Source of the DNA: Eledone cirrhosa
Lineage: Eukaryota
Assembly: GCA_964016885.1 (NCBI GenBank)
Contig: OZ024742.1
Location: 314,526,001-314,590,000, forward strand
Direction: 5' to 3'
DNA: 64,000 nt
Position numbers and translations under genes: made by a program. Shown one piece after another: positions 56,864 to 64,000 of the stretch. Position 1 is the first letter of the stretch, and every line of letters starts with the position of its first letter. A model generated the notes under the pieces. The model was not told where the DNA came from and searched no databases. It was given only the letters and a program-made list of their open reading frames with translations.

Positions 56864-57234
56864 AAAGAATAGAGGTGTAACACACAAGTTATTATATATT
56901 TGGTAAACGGAATAGAAAATGCTGACAAATTGTTCACAGTTGAAAAATGGTTTAATTAGGAATAAAAGAGTATTAGTGATTGTATGGGTTAGTATTCAGT
57001 TGTGGTTTTAAGTTTTTAAGTTTTTACCGGTTGCGCATTTCTAAATGCTTTTCAAAAATGTTTGCTCTGATCTGATTAGTTTTGGGAATTCTACCTGTTT
57101 TTATGTTAAAAAAATGGCTCCAGCGTTATTTTTGTGTTGCAAAAATGCTTGTGGTCAAAACAATTTTGATTGGTCGGTAGAGGTCATGTGAATGTAAAAA
57201 GTTGATTTTGCGCCAAGACTGTTTTTATGTTAAA

Positions 57235-58545
57235 ATGTTAGAAAAGTGGCTCCACAATGAACTCCCACAACGCATCAAAAAAGAATTCGTGATTGAGGGA
57301 CTCAAATTTATCTTGGAGAACAATTACTTCGTTTTCAATAACAAACCCTACAGGCAGAAATCTGGGACCGCTATGGGAACGAAAACAGCCCCTACTTATG
57401 CCAACCTAGTCATGGGATACCTGGAAATCACCCTCTACACTAAAGTCCTAAACAAATTTGGAAACACCCTCCACTTACACATTGAAAGGAACTGGAAGCG
57501 ATATCTTTGGCACGAAAACATCGAAAAACTTAAAGAATTTCACACCCTTATAAATGGGCTCAACACAAATATTAACTTCACGATGGAATACAGCCATCAA
57601 CAACTCCCCTTCCTCGACATCCTCATTAAGATCCATAACAAAAAAATAGAGACAGACATATACTACAAGCCCACAGACTCCAATCAATACCTCCCCTTCA
57701 ACTCTTGCCACCCTAGACACGTTAACATTAATATTCCCTACAACTTAGCCAAGAGAATCTGTACTATAGTCTCCAATAAAAACATCTGCTACTTACGGCT
57801 ACAAGAACTAAAGGACACACTCATAGGCAGGGACTACCCTGCATCACTAATTGACAATGGAATCCAACGTGCCCTAAAACTCAGTACCCAGGACCTTAGA
57901 CACCCTAAAGTAAATCAACCAAAACTAAAAGCTCTTCCATACATCTCCACACACAACCCCCTCAACAATGAGGCCTTTGACACCATCCTCCAGAACATCC
58001 CTGTATTGAAAAAGGACCATAGAATGAACCAAATTCTACGAACACACGATATCATAAAGAGCAAAAGACAATCCAAGTCAATGAAAAACATCTTAACACA
58101 TGCCAAAGTACTGCCAACCACAACAACGAAACCCACAGTAAAAAAATGCGATAGACCCAACTGTGGCATTTGCATCAACCTAATAGAGGGTTCGGAATTC
58201 TATTTCAAAGATGGACAACGTTTTATAGTAAAACACAATTTCACATGTGCATCGGAAAATTTAATATATGTATTAACTTGTTCAGGTTGTCGAGAACAAT
58301 ACATAGGCCAGACCAAAATCAGCCTCCGCCAACGCATGACTGTCCATAGATCCCAAATTAAAATACGGGAATACAGGAAAATACCACTGAGTGAACACAT
58401 TGATACCTGTGCCGCCCAAAATCATCCCAACTTCAGAATCTTTCCCCTCTACAAATTTAAAGATAATGCCACCCACACCCAGCGCATCAGCAAGGAATCT
58501 TACTTCATTAACAAATACGGACCCCGTCTAAACACTTCTCCCTAA
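57235..58545 (+). CDS. Truncated PLE RT (catalytic DD deleted) plus intact GIY-YIG endonuclease
   Basis: GTAMGTKTAPTYANL, WKRYL[DDCFIL missing]WHE, FLDI, YKPTD, KCDRPNCGIC, NLIYVLTC..YIGQT..RMTVH. Confidence 0.85.
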   Translation: MLEKWLHNELPQRIKKEFVIEGLKFILENNYFVFNNKPYRQKSGTAMGTKTAPTYANLVMGYLEITLYTKVLNKFGNTLHLHIERNWKRYLWHENIEKLKEFHTLINGLNTNINFTMEYSHQQLPFLDILIKIHNKKIETDIYYKPTDSNQYLPFNSCHPRHVNINIPYNLAKRICTIVSNKNICYLRLQELKDTLIGRDYPASLIDNGIQRALKLSTQDLRHPKVNQPKLKALPYISTHNPLNNEAFDTILQNIPVLKKDHRMNQILRTHDIIKSKRQSKSMKNILTHAKVLPTTTTKPTVKKCDRPNCGICINLIEGSEFYFKDGQRFIVKHNFTCASENLIYVLTCSGCREQYIGQTKISLRQRMTVHRSQIKIREYRKIPLSEHIDTCAAQNHPNFRIFPLYKFKDNATHTQRISKESYFINKYGPRLNTSP

Positions 58546-58728
58546 GACGAACCCACAACATACACACGTCAACATACATACCTACATCAGCACACATCTC
58601 TACCCACATATAAACACAATGACACACGTAAACACACATGCTCTATGGTGCAATACAAAAAAATATATGTGCATATATATGTATGTATATATGTATATAT
58701 ATATATATATATGTAGTGAAAATATATA

Positions 58729-58760
<32 letters not shown>

Positions 58761-59158
58761 GTGAATATCATTTCACACCTGTTATTGTTAAGATTGTTGA
58801 TGTTCTATTAAGAGAACCGATTTTACTGAAAAAATCGAATAATGTACACCATTTTACCAGGGGGAAAAAAATACTGGTCCACCCACACACGCACACACAC
58901 ACACACACACATATATACACAAACACATACACACGCGTACATCAACATACAAAGAGACTTATACACACACACACACACACACACACACATGCACTTCTCC
59001 GTATAAGACAAAAGCTGAAAAATATCTTTTGACCTTCGAATGACTCTGCTGTGTGTATGTACGCACACACACACACACACACACTTATCTTAATAGCCAT
59101 TTGACACACATCGCTGGTGGCTATTGTCGCAGCATCGAACACCTTACTACTACTACTA

Positions 59159-59235
<77 letters not shown>

Positions 59236-59574
59236 CACACACACACACATATTTGTTGTGAAAGAGTCATTTCTCAATCTTGGCGCAAAACCAATTTTTT
59301 ATCCACATGACCTCTACCGACCAATCAAAATTGTTTTGACCAATAATTTTTGCTGGAGCCACTTTTCTAACATTTTAACATAAAAACAGTCTTGGCGCAA
59401 AATCAACTTTTTACATTCACATGACCTCTACCGACCAATCAAAATTGTTTTGACCACAACCATTTTTGCAACACAAAAATAACGCTGGAGCCATTTTTTT
59501 AACATAAAAACAGGTAGAATTCCCAAAACTAATCAGATCAGAGCAAACAGCACGGACACTCTATCTCAAAATTA

Positions 59575-59611
59575 TTTTTGAAAAGCATTTAGAAATGCGC
59601 AACCGGTAAAA
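59575..59611 (+). ncRNA. Hammerhead-like motif, U3-A8 variant with GCAA in place of GAAA (inverted copy 57022-57058)
   Basis: ttt-TTGAAAA-gcattt/aaatgc-GCAA-CCG-GTA-aaa. Confidence 0.6.
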
Positions 59612-59729
59612 ACTTAAAAACTTAAAACCACAACTGAATACTAACCCATACAATCACTAATACTCTTTTATTCCTAATTAAACCATTTTTCAACTGTGAA
59701 CAATTTGTCAGCATTTTCTATTCCGTTTA

Positions 59730-59765
<36 letters not shown>

Positions 59766-59867
59766 CTACTGTACGTCTGTATACATATATGTATGTACGT
59801 ATACATACTTATATTTAAATAACAGCCGTACTAAGAGTGAGAAATGAAATTTCGTTTCATTTTTTCC

Positions 59868-59914
<47 letters not shown>

Positions 59915-60000
59915 AAGGTGTTGTAGTTTGCTTACTTGAAGCATTTTGTAAGTGTATAAAGCAGTAAGTAATATGATAACTACAACAATGCAACATGGAC

Positions 60001-60324
60001 GGTGGTTTTAGAATAAATTGAAGGCAACGAAGATCTTGTGTGTCACCTGTTATTTTATTCACTTCACATAATATATTTGGATCTCTCACCCTTCTTCAGA
60101 AGAATTTAATAAGAAACGTGCTCGGAGTTCGTGCTCATGTTGTTGAGAGGCTGAACAAGGCAAAAAATGGTGAGCCTCTAAAAACATAAGCACGAACTCC
60201 GAGCAAGTTCCTCATCAAATTCTTCTGACGAAATGGTTTTAGACCCGATATAATAGAACAGTTGAGTGTGATAACAAATGACACCCAACATCTCAGTTGT
60301 CTTCAATTTATTCCAAAGTCCACC
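60001..60324. repeat. Imperfect ~320 bp inverted repeat (MITE-like)
   Basis: Arm pairs gaataaattgaag/cttcaatttattc, tgctcggagttcgtgct/agcacgaactccgagca and agaggct/agcctct. Confidence 0.8.
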
Positions 60325-61022
60325 CAGAAAGAGTGTCTTAATATTTCGGACACTAGTTCTTTATCAGAAGATGGAGTTAGAAATAGAGATAAATAAAGAA
60401 AAAGTGATTAGAAGAAACGAGAAAAATGGGGGAGGAAAATCACATGTGCGTATGAAGACATCTATATGTATATGTGTGTGTATTATATCTTTCTTTCCTC
60501 ACGTCTTTTGTTGCTGCCAATAGAATCTAAAAACCTTGTACTCATAAAATTAATCAGTGTATACGAGCTGACTGTTTCTATTATTGATTTTTGTTAGCTA
60601 GTCCGGATTGGTTTTCTAGTTTCACATATTTAGGTGATTATCATGTCACTAACTTTCAAGATATATGTGACTAACATAATGTATTACATTGTTAAGTTTC
60701 TTAACTAGTATATGCATGTAGAAGGAAACTGTTTCAGACTCACATAGTAGTGTAGTGAGTTGATACGTTATACGCAGTTATATGATAGAATATCCCTCGA
60801 CAGGTATTGCGAAAAGATCTACAAAGAATTGACGTAATTATTCACAATTTTGGGGGAATTTTGAAAATGTAGTATGGACCTGAATTTGTAAATGACGGTA
60901 ACAGTGAAATATCGGTTCCATTACACTTCTCAATTGAAGCCAAGTCTACTCAGTTGTCAAGACTAGGGGTGAAGACCAACACGCAAACACGCACACACAC
61001 ACACACATACAGACGCACACAC

Positions 61023-61081
<59 letters not shown>

Positions 61082-61327
61082 CATACACACACACTTTTCT
61101 GTTGTTAAAGGTGTGTTAGGCGACGGTTATTCATCACCGTCGAGCCCTTATAATATCTGTCTGTATGTCTGGCTGTCTGCATAACGACATTCTGACGAAC
61201 ACGTCATTGCTGATGTATTATCTTCGCTACATTCACACACACACACACATATATATATACTTATATATACATATATATATATATATACACATATATACAT
61301 AAACACACACATATATACACATATACA

Positions 61328-61373
<46 letters not shown>

Positions 61374-61422
61374 TATATAGATATATATACACAAGTTTAA
61401 GCAAATAATCGGTGCTTATTAC

Positions 61423-61485
<63 letters not shown>

Positions 61486-62659
61486 GGTATAGAAAGTATT
61501 GTAGCAAGAAGCCAACAGTATTCCATAATATATATATATATATATATAAACTGAGGAAGTGTGTGTGTATGTCTGTACCCACAGAACTTCTACAGTTTGC
61601 ATCCGATTCTCTTCCAACTTGGAACAAATATGCCTTATGTTCCCAGGAGTGTTTTGGACTTACAAAAGTTTCAAGTTTTTGTTAATGCGGCCCCTAGATA
61701 AATATTGGTTGGCTAGTTGCACGAAAACTACACACACACACACACACATATATACATATACATTTAAAGAGAGAAAGGGAGATGTAGAGACATAGAGTGA
61801 GATACAGAGTGAGATACAAGATGTTCAGATAGAGAGAGAGAGATTATGTCGACGAATGCTCGTTCACACACACACACACACACACAAACACATATATATA
61901 TATAAAGTCAGAGAGAGAGAGGGGGGGGAGAGATCTGCACGTTCTTCATTATTCTCCATTCTGTAGAGGAAGAGAGAGAGAGGGGGTATGAGTGAGAGAG
62001 AGAGAGAGAGAGAGCGAGAGAAAGAGAGAGAGGGTATGAGAAAAAAGGGAGAGAGGGTTGAGAAAGAAAGAGAGTGAGGAACTTTAACTTTTATTTATTT
62101 ATCTATTCTTTACACACTGTTCAACTCTCCCCTTTCCTCAATCTAACGTCTCTTTCTCTCTTCCACACGAGACGTACTGTGACTGTGTGTGTTATATATA
62201 TTTATGTCCGCACACACACACAAAAAGACGAATCTCTCTCTCTTTCTCTCTCTCTATATATATATATTTGTTATAAAAATTCAATCTGTGAACGCAGAAG
62301 TAAATATTTCGAAGGAAAACAGGAAGACGATATTTTGGTTCGTGAAGACGTTCTCTGGTAATGAACGGAAAAAAAGCGAGGATAATACGTCGTTATGTGG
62401 ACCGGAAAGAACAATTTCATGCAAAGACAAGACCAAGTTTATGGTCTAAATGGAGTCGTTAGACTAATGGTCTAATTAAAATAACCGAATGATTTCCAGC
62501 CCCGGAGTTTAAGAATGATGTAAATAAAATTCTAAACGAAAATGACAGAGGTTATTAAAATAGTAAAAGTAAATAGTGAAGATTTAGGGCAGTACATATG
62601 TATGCGCCGACGGACATACACACACAAATGCATACACACACACAAACAAACACACACGC

Positions 62660-63113
62660 GTGTGTGTGTGTGTGTGTGTGTGTAAACGCTATGCATTTCT
62701 ACAGTATTTTCAACAAACTTAAGACATAGGTTACTTATGTACTCCGGATGGTCATGGATACTTTCATTTTTCCAGATATTGATTATAGGACCTCCCGGTA
62801 GATTACCCCTTTAACCGCTTCCCTGGAGTCAACTGAAGCTTTGCAGTGCAATGCAACAAAACGTCATAACGTCTGGAGTTCGCAAACGATTTTCACAAAA
62901 CTTGCCACATGGGCTACGTTTGTTCTACAGATGAATGTGAACTCTCAGAATTGGCACATATTGAGTAGGGGACCCCTTGGGGCAGGAACCCCCTTTTGGA
63001 AAAAGCCGATGATTTTGTAAAAGTATAGTTTTTGAAGCAACACTGAAGTATTGACATAAATGGTATACATAACTGCTATTTAATACCCGAGCAACGCCGG
63101 GTACCTCTGCTAG
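62660..63113 (+). mobile_element. Non-autonomous Helitron, 3' end clear, 5' end uncertain
   Basis: tacccgagcaacgccgggta hairpin followed by ctgCTAG|t, similar to the other two Helitron ends. Confidence 0.7.
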
Positions 63114-63223
63114 TTTGTTGTGAGAATCGTTGTTAAAAAATAAATTATAAGAATTTTAAAATAGGGAGTTACTTTTCAATCACCCTGTATATAAACACAC
63201 ACAACACACACAATATTTATCTA

Positions 63224-63255
<32 letters not shown>

Positions 63256-64000
63256 CAGATTAATCATTTTAAAAGGTATCTATATTTGAAGTTCTAGTTA
63301 AACTTTAATTAGTTATCTACCTAGCTGTGTGTGCTTACACACTTTACAAATTATCCTCTGTGATTGTTTCATGGGTTTATTTTAGATATATATATATATA
63401 CGTCAATCAATTCCTAGTTGATATATATATATATGTATATGCAAAACAGATATTTCGCCATTCTTAGCTCCACACCGATATGTATGAATATCCATTTTGC
63501 CGGACTAAATAATAATGAGATAGAAGCATAATATGACGTCAATAACACATCTTCAACTTCGTAACTAAATTGAAATGATGGGGTGAATAGTTAAAATGAA
63601 ATGTAATCTATACAGTCTTCCTAGCTTGGATGATATATTCTGGCGATATATTCACGGGAAATTCAAGTGGAAGCTTATATGTCCGAATTGAAAGAGGTGC
63701 CGGAACATCTGTAGGCTAAACATACCTGTGTATTAGAATATATGTGCTTGATTACTGCTAAATTGACTTGACTGGGTTGCGTGTTAGTTTAATGTTGAAA
63801 CCTTTTAGCTACATATGATAAATGAAATTTAAATACCTTTTTGATTGGTTCGTTCGTTCAGTCATAAGTAGTGTAAGATTTCTAAAAGCCCCGTTATAGT
63901 TACCACATTACAGCTTAGCAACCAGTCAATTTTAACAAACGATTTCTTTCTCGCCTTATCGCAGTAGGTACCAAGTTGGTTACACATATATTTCGTTAGA

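Larger units (their letters stand above)
56900..59733 (+). mobile_element. Second Neptune-type PLE, 5' truncated, with inverted pLTR (56900-57254 / 59354-59733)
   Basis: RT-EN ORF between inverted arms; hammerhead-like motif in each arm; (TA)n flanks. Confidence 0.9.

Overview
AT-rich, microsatellite-saturated animal DNA with no recognisable host-gene exon. The SINE types and (TA)n/(CA)n load suggest an octopod cephalopod, which is inference only. Almost all of it is mobile-element sequence: two Penelope-like elements (PLEs; RT plus GIY-YIG, Neptune-type Cys linker) flanked by inverted pseudo-LTR copies; two PLE fragments of a second clade (one with a CxCx5C linker, Hydra-type); two copies of a CR1/L2-group LINE, one retaining an ORF1 with tandem CCCH zinc fingers; RTE and CRE/RLE-type LINE remnants; one internally deleted RepHel Helitron and two non-autonomous Helitrons; a hAT MITE; and many tRNA-derived Meta-type SINEs. 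The most striking signal is invisible in the ORF track. About a dozen sequence-unrelated families of small elements sit in (TA)n tracts, often as fold-back inverted repeats, and each carries a minimal type I hammerhead ribozyme motif (more than 20 copies found by eye). Four families share a compensatory U3-A8 core (TTGAAAA instead of CTGANGA), and one locus is a tandem, retrozyme-like unit with cleavage sites about 512 nt apart. The many YI/HT/CV ORFs are microsatellite artefacts. All coordinates and pairings were read by eye.
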